Assembly (NCBI GenBank): GCA_965237415.1
Contig: CBDEFM010000002.1
Span: forward strand, 3,680,001 to 3,744,000
Direction: 5' to 3'
Length of the DNA stretch: 64,000 nucleotides
Source: Alphaproteobacteria bacterium
Lineage (GTDB): Bacteria > Pseudomonadota > Alphaproteobacteria > UBA828
Under the pieces are notes generated by a model. It had not been told where the DNA came from. It worked only from the letters and a program-made list of their open reading frames with translations, and did no database searches. How positions within the stretch are numbered: the stretch's first letter is position 1; each line of letters begins with the position of its first letter. The position numbers and the translations under genes are program-made. This document shows, piece after piece, positions 17,923 through 27,749 of this stretch.

Positions 17923-18794
17923 GGCAGGCGCAGAAGGTCCGCCGCGCCCGCGGCTTCATCCCGCGCACGATCTTCTTCTGGCTGTTCATGCTCTTTCTCT
18001 ACGGCCCGATCATGGTGATCACCATTCTCTCCTTCCAGGGGCCGCAGGGCGGCCTGACCTTCCCGATGACCGGGTTCTCCCTGCATTGGTTCAGGGACGT
18101 GATCGACCCGACCTATATCGGCGACTTCCGCTGGCCCTTCGGCCGTTCGGTGATCCTGGCGCTGATCGTGATGGTGCTGACCGTTCTGGTGTCGTTCCTC
18201 GCCGGCCTCGCCTATCGCAAGGGCTTCAGGGGCGGCATGGTGCTCTTCTACCTGGTCATCACCTGCCTGGTGGCGCCGTCCTTCCTGGTCAGCCTCGGGA
18301 TCGGCCTCGGCTTCGCCAATCTGGAGATGCAGACGCAGTGGTGGTCCGGCGGGCTCGGCGCCCATCTGAGCTGGACCACGCCCATCGGCGTGCTGATCAT
18401 GCTGGCGGTGTTCGCCCGCTTCGACCGCTCGCTGGAGGAGGCGGCGCGCGACCTCGGCGCGACCGAATGGCAGAACCTGCGCAACGTCGTCATCCCGATC
18501 ATGGCACCGGGGATGATCGCCGTCGGGCTGTTCGGCTTCACCCTCTCCTATGACGAATATCCCCGCACCTCTCTGGTGACCGGCTCCGCCAACACGCTCC
18601 CGGTCGAGATGGTGGCCGTCACCGGCACCGCGGCGACGCCCGCGCTCTATGCGGTCGGCACGATGACCACGGTGTTCTCGCTCGCCGTCATCATCGTGAG
18701 CTTCGTCGCGATCTACGTGGTCCAGGCGCGCCGGGCCGGGCGCGCCCGTTCGGCGGAGGCGCGCTACGGGAAGAAACCCGGCGTGTCAGGCTGA
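17919..18794 (+). CDS. ABC transporter permease (PotC-like)
   Basis: ATGA overlap with the previous gene. FLYGP, FSLHWF, LEEAARDLGA, FTLSYDE. Confidence 0.9.
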   Translation: MRQAQKVRRARGFIPRTIFFWLFMLFLYGPIMVITILSFQGPQGGLTFPMTGFSLHWFRDVIDPTYIGDFRWPFGRSVILALIVMVLTVLVSFLAGLAYRKGFRGGMVLFYLVITCLVAPSFLVSLGIGLGFANLEMQTQWWSGGLGAHLSWTTPIGVLIMLAVFARFDRSLEEAARDLGATEWQNLRNVVIPIMAPGMIAVGLFGFTLSYDEYPRTSLVTGSANTLPVEMVAVTGTAATPALYAVGTMTTVFSLAVIIVSFVAIYVVQARRAGRARSAEARYGKKPGVSG

Positions 18795-18908
18795 CCCCAG
18801 GTTCGCCGAGATTTCACGGTCGCCCCGCTCGGCGGTCCCGAGGCTCCGGAGCGCCCGGACCCGTGAGGCCGGCGCGGCCGGTGTGCCGCGCCGGCGGGAT
18901 ATGGGTCG

Positions 18909-20201
18909 TCACGCGGTCTGGAACTCGTTCCAGCGCTTCACGACCAGGGTGTTCTCGTCCATGATCGAGTTCCACACGCCGACCCGGCCCATGCGGTTGG
19001 CGAACGAGCCGCCGTCGCGGACGTGGCCGGGCTGTTCCATGACGTTGCCGAACGGGTCCTTGACCTCGCCCTCCGCCGGCTTGCCTTCGTACCAGTAGCC
19101 CCACTCCCAGGGCTCCAGATACTTCTTCGTGTTCTCGGGCGTGCAGATGTAGTAGCCCTGCTTGGAGAAGTAGGCGCCGGCGGGGCCCGAGTGGTACCAG
19201 TTGAAGTAGTCGTAGAGCGCGCCGAGCTTCTTGCCTTCGACGTGGCGCGGGATCATCGAGCCGAGCGCCCAGGCGCGGTAGCCTTCCTTCAGGTCGAGAT
19301 AGACGCAGGGCACGCCGCGTGCGCGCACCGCCGCCACCGCCGGCGACCACATGGATTGCAGCACCACCTCACCGGAGGTCATCAGATTGACGGACTCGTT
19401 GAAGGTGCTCCAGAAGGCGCGGAAGTGCCCGTCCTTCTTGAGCTGGATGAGGCGGTCGAAGGTGTAGTTGATCTCCTCGACCGTCATGTTGCCCTTGTCG
19501 CTATAGGTGATCTCGCCGTTGGCTTCGAGCGCCATGGCCATGTCCATGATCCCGATCCCGGGGAAGTTCTGCAGCGCCGTCTTGCCGTTGAACTCGGGAT
19601 TGAGGAACTCGGCCCAGGTCTCGATGGGGCGGCCGATCTTTTCCGGCTGCGCGCCGAGGGTGTCGGCATTGAAGGTGCCGGGCACGATGGTCATCCATTG
19701 GGTGGACTCAGGCTTCACGAAATCGGTGCTTTCGATGTCCGAGGTCCAGCAGTAGCGCGAGGGGTTCATGCCCTGGCCGTACCAGGCGTCGGGCCCGATC
19801 TTGCCGGTCGCCTTGTAGATGCCGAGCAGCGAGTCGAAATGCTCGAGCTTGGTGGTGTCGATCGCCTGCATGGTGCCGAACGGGAACACCTGCGGCCACT
19901 GCTCGAGGTCCGGCTCGAAGAGGTCGGCCGAGCGCGGCTGGGTCATGGCGCGCTGGGCGATGGTGCTGAGATCGACCGCGGTCATGCTGAAGGTGAATCC
20001 CAGCGCCTCCTCGGCCATCGCCTCGTAGGTGCTGGAGATGGTCACGGCCGTGCCGACCATCCTGATCTCGATGTCCTTGATGTCCTGCGCCCAGACGGTC
20101 GGGAAGCCGACGACGCTCGCGCCCGCCGCCGCGCCGAACGCGGCCGCGCTGCCCTTCAGGACGCTCCGTCGGCTGATGCGTGTCTCTCTGGGATCCACCA
20201 T
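18909..20201 (-). CDS. ABC transporter substrate-binding protein, Tat-exported, paralog of 15581-16882
   Basis: SRRSVLKG signal. Long blocks shared with the first binding protein (GFPTVWAQDIKDIEI, GHFRAFW.TFNESVNLM). Confidence 0.88.
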   Translation of the reverse strand: MVDPRETRISRRSVLKGSAAAFGAAAGASVVGFPTVWAQDIKDIEIRMVGTAVTISSTYEAMAEEALGFTFSMTAVDLSTIAQRAMTQPRSADLFEPDLEQWPQVFPFGTMQAIDTTKLEHFDSLLGIYKATGKIGPDAWYGQGMNPSRYCWTSDIESTDFVKPESTQWMTIVPGTFNADTLGAQPEKIGRPIETWAEFLNPEFNGKTALQNFPGIGIMDMAMALEANGEITYSDKGNMTVEEINYTFDRLIQLKKDGHFRAFWSTFNESVNLMTSGEVVLQSMWSPAVAAVRARGVPCVYLDLKEGYRAWALGSMIPRHVEGKKLGALYDYFNWYHSGPAGAYFSKQGYYICTPENTKKYLEPWEWGYWYEGKPAEGEVKDPFGNVMEQPGHVRDGGSFANRMGRVGVWNSIMDENTLVVKRWNEFQTA

Positions 20202-20427
20202 GACTCTGCTCCTTGGCTGTGACCGTAGCGCCGCGCCCCGCGCGGCCTCGTCCGGGAAACTCGCCCCTGTTACCCAAGCTCGGCGAGCTTCCCACCGAAG
20301 TCCCGTGTCTCGTCCAACTATATCTTCGGTCCCGTCGCAACGATAGGCGCCACTTCCGCCGATCCGGTGGCCAAGTGACCAACCACGCCTCGCCGGCGCA
20401 CTTACGCCACCGCTTCCCGGCTTCACC

Positions 20428-20451
20428 AGGGGCGTCCACCCCATCGCTTAC
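20428..20451. repeat. IS1111 left end / IS66 terminus junction scar (24-bp repeat of 22287-22310)
   Basis: AGGGGCGTCCACCCCATCGCTTAC occurs identically at both positions. Confidence 0.85.
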
Positions 20452-20521
20452 GAACGTTCACGGTAAGTGTTCGTTCAGGCCGTGGAATCAGCGCGGGCGT
20501 TTCAATCCGCCCCGGCGGATT

Positions 20522-20765
20522 TTAACGATTGAGGGTGCGTTTCCAGTCCCGTCGCAGGGGCCGGAGCCAGACATCCTTTTTCGGCTTGTCGTACTGCCTG
20601 TCCCGGTCGTAGCGCCCGCGCCCTTGGGTGGCGCCGACATGGATCCAGCCCGATGCCCTGTAGACCGCGCCGGTATATCGCGGGGTCTCTACGAAAGTCT
20701 CGATGAGCACCGGCGTGGTGTTGTAGCGCTCGGTCCAGTCCTCGGGCAGGCGCCGGCGGATGCCC
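20522..20765 (-). pseudogene. DUF4338 C-terminal fragment
   Basis: IRRRLPEDWTERYNTTPVLIETFVETPRYTGAVYRASGW...KRTLNR is near-identical to the end of 202-1083. Confidence 0.88.
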
Positions 20766-20944
20766 TCGACCAGCGTCAGGTCGGTGCCAAAATCCTCGTC
20801 CAGAACCGCCATGCGCACGACGATAGCGCATGGCAAATTGCGTTACCAGCAGAAAGACAGCCCCTTGTGGGGCTTCGCCTCAACGTGGGAGATGCGCTTG
20901 ACGGCACCCATTCCACGGCCTGAACGAACGTGTGTGGACGCCCC

Positions 20945-21190
20945 CGTTGATGCAAGCAGTTTTTGGTCGGCTCGGTGCATGCGGTCAGGTGCTGTCGTGT
21001 GTCCGGCCTCTCTATGCGGCAGATGACACGCCGCGGGCCCGTATGGAGATGCGCGGATTGGGTCCAAATCGCTTACGCGAGCTTGAAAGCTCTCCGTTCG
21101 GATGCTGGTTTTCCCGACCCGGTCTCGTTGACCTTTGCCCTTACCTGTCCTCCGTCCTGCCCACATCCCCGACGGCTTCCCGCACTTCGC
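20945..21190 (-). ncRNA. Predicted seekRNA/bridge RNA region of the IS1111 element (boundaries approximate)
   Basis: 3' non-coding region with target-matching segments (21070-21076, 21095-21101) around a hairpin and donor-matching segments (20996-21002, 21040-21046) around a second hairpin. Confidence 0.75.
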
Positions 21191-21197
21191 CGTTCTC

Positions 21198-22220
21198 TCA
21201 GGCGGCGGCGGGAGCCCGGTAGCTCTCCTTCGTCGTCAGTAGCGCCCAGACGATGCGCGCCATCCTGTTGGCCAGCACCACCGCGACGAGCATCCTCGGC
21301 TTGCGCGCCAGCATCCCGGCCAGCCAGGGGTCCGTCGTTACGCCGCGCCGAACCGCCCAGCGGACGACAGTCATCGCGCCCGTGATCAAGAGCCGTCTCA
21401 AATCGCGCTGGCCCATCTTCGATATCTTGCCCAGCTTCGGCTTGCCGCCCGTCGTGTGCTGGCGCGGCACGAGGCCGAGCCAAGCGGAGAAGTCGCGACC
21501 GCGCCGGAAACTCTCCATCGGCGGTGCGAAGGCCTGGATCGCCATCGCGCTGATCGGCCCGATCCCCGGCACGCTCATCAGGCGCCTTGCCTCCTCATCC
21601 TGCCGTGCACTCACGTGGATCTCCCTCTCCAGGCCCGCAATCTTCGCATCGAGGCCGGCGATTTGCTCAAGCAGAAGGCCGCCCAGCTCGCGGACCGCTT
21701 CCGGCAACCCCGAAGCCGGTCCCTCAAGCGCCGAGGCCAGCCGGCCGACATGAGCCGGCGCCTGCGGGGCAACGATACCGAACTCCGCCAAATGGCCGCG
21801 CAGCGCATTAATCGTCTGGGTGCGCTGGCGCACCAGAAGATCGCGCGTCCGGAACAGCATGCCCCGAGCCTGCTGTTCCTCCGTCTTCACAGCTACAAAG
21901 CGCATGGTCGGCCGCGACGACGCCTCGCAGATCGCCTCCGCGTCCGACGCGTCGTTCTTTTGCCGCTTCACATACGCTTTGACGTAGATCGGCGGGACCA
22001 GTCGCACCGCATGACCGAGACTGCCGATCTCCCGGCCCCAATGGTGCGCGCCACCGCACGCCTCCATCGCCACCGTGCAGCGTGGCTGCGCAGCCACAAA
22101 GTCCAACAACTTCGCCCGGCTCACCTTCTTGCGGAACGCTACCGACCCGTCCGCCCGCGCACCGTGCAGCTGAAAGCTGTTCTTCGCCAGATCGATCCCG
22201 ATCATGTTAACCTGTCCCAT
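21198..22220 (-). CDS. IS110-family (IS1111) DEDD recombinase/transposase
   Basis: IGIDLAK, MEACGGAHHW, KNDASDAEAI, SVPGIGPISA, WLGLVPRQHTTGGK..LGKISKMG, ANRMAR. Confidence 0.95.
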   Translation of the reverse strand: MGQVNMIGIDLAKNSFQLHGARADGSVAFRKKVSRAKLLDFVAAQPRCTVAMEACGGAHHWGREIGSLGHAVRLVPPIYVKAYVKRQKNDASDAEAICEASSRPTMRFVAVKTEEQQARGMLFRTRDLLVRQRTQTINALRGHLAEFGIVAPQAPAHVGRLASALEGPASGLPEAVRELGGLLLEQIAGLDAKIAGLEREIHVSARQDEEARRLMSVPGIGPISAMAIQAFAPPMESFRRGRDFSAWLGLVPRQHTTGGKPKLGKISKMGQRDLRRLLITGAMTVVRWAVRRGVTTDPWLAGMLARKPRMLVAVVLANRMARIVWALLTTKESYRAPAAA

Positions 22221-22863
22221 GGACGCCCCCTTCCTCGCTTGGTGTTTAACAACACCGCCAACCTGGCACATCGCGATGCCGTCGGGAGGGGCGTCCACCC
22301 CATCGCTTACCCGTGACGCGATGGCGGAATCGCGGCTCGGTCGGGCGGCGGGACAAGTGCGGACGCGCGGGGCCGTATGTTGGATTCAATCCGGTTACGT
22401 TATGAAGACGGGATACGGGCGGGGGTAAACAGCAGAATTTTGAGAGGACTGATTAATTTTTGAATTACAATCGATTAGAATTGCAACATGCGTAGGAACC
22501 TTCAATATTGCGGCACAAGATTGGCAAACACTGAGAATCGAAGCGACGCGCGCGTCTGACGGCCCTTGGCAACGGCGTCGCCCGGAGGTGCCGGGGCGCG
22601 GAGACGAGAGCCAACGAGGGGCCTTCGTCGGCCGCCGTGCTCGTGAGCGGGGAGACGGCATAGCACGAGCAAGCGGGGTCGCGACTGTCGGCTGACTGAA
22701 CAGGTGTGAGCGGCGCGGCGAGGTCCTCCGGCCCAGCCCCCTGCGGCGAGGCCAGCGGTGCAAGTGGTCTTATCCGATCGATCTCGGACGGCCGGAGGAG
22801 CGCGCATTCGACGGAGTTTGAGAGGCGGCGGCAGTCATGAAGCCGGCGCCCTCAAGAGATAAA

Positions 22864-23154
22864 CTAGGACTTCGCACTCTCGACGATAAGCCGGCCGCGG
22901 CCGCGTCTGAGCAGATAGCCGCCGCGCGGGATCGCCAGCGTGCCCTGCTGCACGAGGGGCCAGAGAGTATCAACGATAATTGCGGCATTCTCGTCGGACT
23001 TGCCGCCGGACGCCGCTGATTGCGAGGAGAGCCAGGCGGCGAAGGCCTGCTCGCCGATGTCGTCGCCGACGGACTTGCGAAGGGCACTGAGCTTGCGACG
23101 TTGCCCCTTTGTCAGGTCGCTCTCGTCGATCCGGGTCGAGGAACTGTTCGCCAT
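22864..23154 (-). CDS. Small hypothetical protein (96 aa)
   Basis: ATG with GAAAGG RBS, normal amino-acid composition. No family recognised. Confidence 0.65.
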   Translation of the reverse strand: MANSSSTRIDESDLTKGQRRKLSALRKSVGDDIGEQAFAAWLSSQSAASGGKSDENAAIIVDTLWPLVQQGTLAIPRGGYLLRRGRGRLIVESAKS

Positions 23155-23274
23155 GAATCTGCCTTTCGTGGAGTGTGGAAGCGCTGCCTCCTGCAGGTTT
23201 TAGCAAAAAATTGTCAACGGCGGAGCAAAGATGTCCTACGCGAGGCGGCCGAACTGTCCGATCTCGCGGCCCCA

Positions 23275-24215
23275 TTGGTGGCTGCCATGGTCGATGAGCG
23301 AGGAGCGCAGGCGCGCCTTCACGGCGCCGGCATGACCGGCACAGTCGAGTGCCGCTATTACGGCCGCGACTTCACCACCGGGGAGATGGCGTTGCTGCGC
23401 GCGCTGATCGCCGGCCCTCCGCTGCTCAACCGCCATGCCCTGTCGAAGGAGTTCTGCCGGCGCATCGGCTGGTTCAAGCCCGACGGTGGGTTTAAGGACA
23501 TGATGGCCAGGGTCACACCATGCTGGCCATGCACCGGGACGGCCTGATCGCCCTGCCGGCGCCGCAGGGGTGGCAGAACCGGCCCGGGCCGATCGTCTTC
23601 GGGCCGGACACCGAAGCGCCGCTGTTCACGGCGCTGACCACCCTCGACGACGTCCGCCCGCTCGAACTGCGAACCGTTGTGCGCGGCACCCGGGAGGGCA
23701 AGCTCTGGAACGAGTTCATCGCCCGCTACCACTATCTCGGACACAAGACCCTGGTCGGCGCCCAGATGGGCTACGCCATCCACGACCAAAACGGCTGGCC
23801 GCTCGCCATGCTCGGCTTCTCAACCGCCGCGTGGAAGCACGCGCCGCGCGACAGCTTCATCGGGTGGACGCCGCAACTACGTGAGAAGAACCTTCCCCTC
23901 GTGGTCGACAACCCGAGGTTCCTCATCCTGCCCTGGATCGCCATCCCCAACCTGGGCTCGCACATTCTCTCCCTCGTCCGCCGCCAACTGCCCGACGACT
24001 GGACCGAGCGCTACAACACCGCGCCCGTGCTCATCGAGACCTTCGTCGAAACCCCGCGCTTCACCGGCGCTGTCTACAAGGCATCCGGCTGGCTCCGTGT
24101 CGGAACCACCCAGGGGCGCGGGCGCTACGACCGCGACAAGCTGTACGACAAGCCCAAGAAGGACGTCTGGCTTCGGCCCCTCAGAAAGGACTGGAGACGA
24201 ATCCTCAACCGGTGA
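23275..24215 (+). pseudogene. IS66 transposase tail plus frameshifted DUF4338 gene
   Basis: WLPWSMSEERRRAFTAPA* overlaps ATG 23332 (ATGA), as at 202. A 2-bp insertion near 23515 (GTCACACCATG vs GTCACCATG) splits the ORF. Confidence 0.85.
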
Positions 24216-24439
24216 TACGAACCCCCGTCATCACCGCACCACGGAACGTTCACGATCGCCTACCGGCCCGACCGAACCTTTGCGGACATTTGGGGACAGG
24301 CAGGGTCTGATGATGGAGTGAATCCGTTGACTATTTGATTGCGGATTGTAAGTCGTGGTGTTGAGAGGGTTTGCAGGATAGAGAAATAAATACGCTATTA
24401 CAATGGTTTATGACTTCCTTAGCCGCGAGAAAGTCAAGC

Positions 24440-25300
24440 CATGATGCACAAGTGTGACGCAGATCATGCAGGCGGACGTCCTCGATCCGGGCTTCCTTGC
24501 GCACCGAGTACCAGAGCGGCAGGCTGGGCGATTGCGGCCGCCCCGGATTGAAGGGCGAGGGGAAGACGTAGGCGCTCGCCGATCGCCGTTGACGCTCAAG
24601 GATGGCGCGGGCAGGTGCGCTCAGGAAGACCCGTCTCGGGCCGGTCTTGGCGTCGGCCAGATTGAGAGTGTCCCCGTCGATGTCCTGCCAGCGCATTGTC
24701 ACGATCTCGCTCCTCCGGCATCCCGTCAGCAGCAGCAGGCGGATGATGTCTGCCTGTCGCGTGCGTGAGGGCCGCGCGCCGGCACAGCGGTCCAGCTCGC
24801 GGTGGAGGCGACGGACCTCCTCGCGCGACAGAAAGCGCGTGAGCTTCGGCCGGGGGTTTGGCTTGATGCCCCGGGTCGGGTTCGTGTCGAGATGCCCGCA
24901 GACGACCGCGTGGTTCAGTATTCGGCGAAGCACGCTCAACACTTGGTTGGCCCCGCCTGGCGCAGTCCTGCTGTACTCGTCGAACCAGAGGGTCACACCT
25001 GCACGGGTGATCCGGTCCAGCGGCAGCGAGCCGAAGGCCGGAAGCAGGCGTGCCTTCAGGGTCCGGCTCGTGGACTTTCGCGTCGATGGTTTGCATCTGT
25101 CGAGACGCGCCCGCCCTGGACCCGCGACGAACTCTCCGAACGTCGGGACCGCGCTGCGCTGCGTCCGATCGGACCGTGCTCCGGTCTCGATGGCGAGGCA
25201 CTTGCGGCGCGCCTCCTCGACGCTCATCAACACCGCTGACCCCAGCGTGATCCGGCGCGCGCCGCCTTTGCCCTTTGGGCAGCACACGAAGCTCCGGTGC
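24440..25300 (-). pseudogene. Phage-type tyrosine integrase, truncated at both ends
   Basis: RRITLG....SVEEARR, LLLTGCRRSEI, AKTG, DVRLHDLRHTCAS. The LGH box and catalytic Tyr are missing. Confidence 0.82.
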
Positions 25301-25429
25301 CGGTGCTGCGGCGCATCGCGGTTTCGGTGCTGGTTCTGGCGGAGGTCGAGCGGCTGCGGCTGATCAAGGAGGGCTCGGAGCCGGAGTGGCATGCGTTGCA
25401 CGACGAGGCCGATCGCTGGCTCGACCGAG

Positions 25430-27479
25430 AGGCGGGTCTCGGGTGCGGTTCGACCTGGGCGAAGGACAAGTTCTGTCGCTTGCCCGCGACGATCCGCAGC
25501 TCCGCCATATCGACCATGCCTGGAGCTCGACCGTGCACGCGGCGCAGGGGATGACGCGGGACGCGGCGATCGGGGTGCTGGATACCGGGCACGGGCAGCT
25601 GAACGGCCAGGCGCGGCTCTACGTCGAGGCGAGCCGGGCACGGGACCGCTTCGTATTGGTGACGGACGACCGCGAGCGTCTCGAGGAGGTGTTGGAGGAG
25701 AACGACGGCTTCCGCATGACGGCGCTGGAGGCCGTGGGGGACGACGATGCGCCCCCCGGCGCGCCGAGTGCATCAATCGGGATGCTGCGGCGGTATCGGG
25801 ACGACTGGCGCGCGCTTGCCGCGCGGGCCGAGGCGGAGAATGCCAAGCTCAGCCGCATGGACGGCTACGGCCGGATCGTCACGGGCGTGGAGGCGCTGGC
25901 GGAGGGGATGGACTTGCCGCCGGATCTCGCGGCATTCGTGACGGAGGTACGGCGTTGGGACGCGGAGATCGTGGCCCGGCGGCGGCAGGAACTCACCTTC
26001 GTTCAAAGGGCGGAGATGCACGGCCGCCAATGGCCCCTCGTCAAGTGGGCGGCCGAGGGGCGCGGCCGCCCGCTATCGGACCTGCCGGAGCACGCGGCCT
26101 GGCTGGCCGAGGGCCGGGCGCTTGCGGAGACCGGGTGCCGGTTGAAGGAGAGCGCTGGGGAAGGCTTCGCCGGGCGGATCGCGGCCGCGCTGCGGCGCAT
26201 CCTGCAGAGCGTGGGGCGCGACGAGGCGGAAGCGCGCGCTGCGGTCATCCATCCCCGTGACATGGCGGGGGCGGAGGAGCGCGCCGAACGGGCGCAGGCC
26301 GTGAGGGATCCCGGGCTGCCCGGGAGTGTCCGCCCGAAGGTCGAGGCGTGGACGACGCAAGGAGAAACGCACGCGCCCGCCCCGGACGTGTCGCATCCAC
26401 ATCGCCCACAGCATCCGGATCTCGAGGAGGCGGGTCGCCGCATCGAGTCGTTCCTGCGGGATTGCCGGGACCATCTGGACGAGGAAACCGCGATCGCCTT
26501 ATCCGGAGACGGCCTTGCATCGGCCGGGACGCTGGAACCGGATGCCCTGATGGATCGGACGGAGGCGCTACGCCGGGAAGGGCTCCGGCTGCTCGGCGAG
26601 GGCGAGGGAGCGAAGCTCGCCGATCCGGCTCGCATCCGGCTCACGCGCGTCACGGAAAAGCGCATACGGGTGCGCGAAGCCGTGGACGCGCTGGGGGAGG
26701 AAGCGCAACGGCTGCGCGCGGACGCGTTCATGGAAGCGCGCCGGCGTGTCGAGCGGCAGCAGAGCGAGGCCGGCGCCGATCCGGTCGACCTTCCGGCATG
26801 GGAGCCTCTGCGGGCCCGTGCCGACGAACTCCGGGGAGAGCCAGGCCTCGCACCGGAGGTGAAGGAAGGCGTCGATGCGGTGCTCGCCCGCGATGCCCGC
26901 ATCGAGGTCGAGATTGCTCCCATCGAGACCTTCCTCGACGAGGGTGCCCGGCATCTGGAACGGCGGGCGAGGCTGGAAGAAGAGGCTCGCGAGCTTGGCG
27001 GCGAAGTATCCGGGCTCGACGCCATGCCGGCCTGGCGGGATCGTTCGCAGAAACTTCGCGACACTGCCCGGGTCCTGTTGGGGGAGGCGGAGGGTGACGC
27101 CGGGGAGATGCGGGCCGGGGCCCGGCTCGCCGACATGCCCCGCCTGCAGGGCCGGGTTCGGGGGGTCCTCGACCGGCTGGAGACCGTGGGGCTCGGGGAC
27201 GACGTGGCGGACTTCCATTCGGTCGCGAACGCGGTGGAGGCACGGGCCGGCCAGGAACGGACCCTGCCGCTTCAAGTCGAGGGCTACGACCGCGCGATGG
27301 CGATGGCGGAGGGGCTGGCGAAGCGGGAGATCCTGCCGGATGAGGTACGCCACCAGGTGGGCCGCTGGCTCGAGCGCGACCGCGGCTGGAAAGCGGAACT
27401 GGCCTCGGTCGGAGAGCTCACCGGTGTTGACCGGCGTCGAATGTTGACCCCTCACAGTCACGCGATATCAACGCATTAG
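25430..27479 (+). pseudogene. Conjugative relaxase/helicase (TraA/TrwC-like) C-terminal fragment
   Basis: DPQLRHIDHAWSSTVHAAQGMT and LYVEASRARD are SF1 helicase motifs V/VI. No relaxase domain. 3' end cut by a MITE at 27425. Confidence 0.75.
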
Positions 27480-27516
27480 CGCGCCGATCAGCGTCGAATC
27501 GGCGCGCCGATCAACA
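27425..27516. mobile_element. MITE family B (92 bp, IS21-like ends), copy 2
   Basis: TIR TGTTGACCGGCG / CGCCGATCAACA. Same length as and collinear with 11724-11815. Confidence 0.75.
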
Positions 27517-27554
27517 CTCTCCGCCAAGAAAAGTTCCCGCGCGTCGGACGAGGG

Positions 27555-27749
27555 GTGTCGGATGTGGGCCGGCGGGGTCGGCCGTGCTCAGACACGGGCT
27601 GGCAGGCATATCGGCTCAAGGCGCACGGGAGGCGCACCTGGTTGTCGATCGCGCGCGAGCTCGGACTGTCTGACGCGCGCAGGGGCGACGTCGCGATGCG
27701 GATGGCGAAGCGCTACGCGCAGCGCGAAGCGTTGCCGTGGCCACTTTGA
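27555..27749 (+). CDS. Small hypothetical protein, possible HTH
   Basis: TWLSIARELGLS resembles an HTH helix pair. Short, so uncertain. Confidence 0.4.
   Translation: MSDVGRRGRPCSDTGWQAYRLKAHGRRTWLSIARELGLSDARRGDVAMRMAKRYAQREALPWPL

Larger units (their letters stand above)
20931..22303 (-). mobile_element. IS1111-type element (IS110 family)
   Basis: Sub-terminal IR GTGGACGCCCC (20934-20944) / GGGGCGTCCAC (22288-22298). CG core on both flanks (20929-30, 22304-05). Long non-coding region 3' of the transposase. Confidence 0.92.
20463..22310 (-). mobile_element. Internally deleted IS66-DUF4338 derivative, with one TIR split by IS1111
   Basis: GTAAGTGTTCGTTCAGGCCGTGGAAT at 20463 is inverted to ATTCCACGGCCTGAACGAACG (20910-20930) plus CTTAC (22306-22310). 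Contains a DUF4338 3' fragment. Confidence 0.8.

Noticed and set aside
20394-20405. GCGCACTTAC as another IS66 terminus
   Set aside because: The match is too short and has no partner end or transposase remnant.
22382-22392. Palindrome GGATTCAATCC shared with about 60807 as a common operator
   Set aside because: Only 11 bp at two sites with no regulator evidence. Could be chance.
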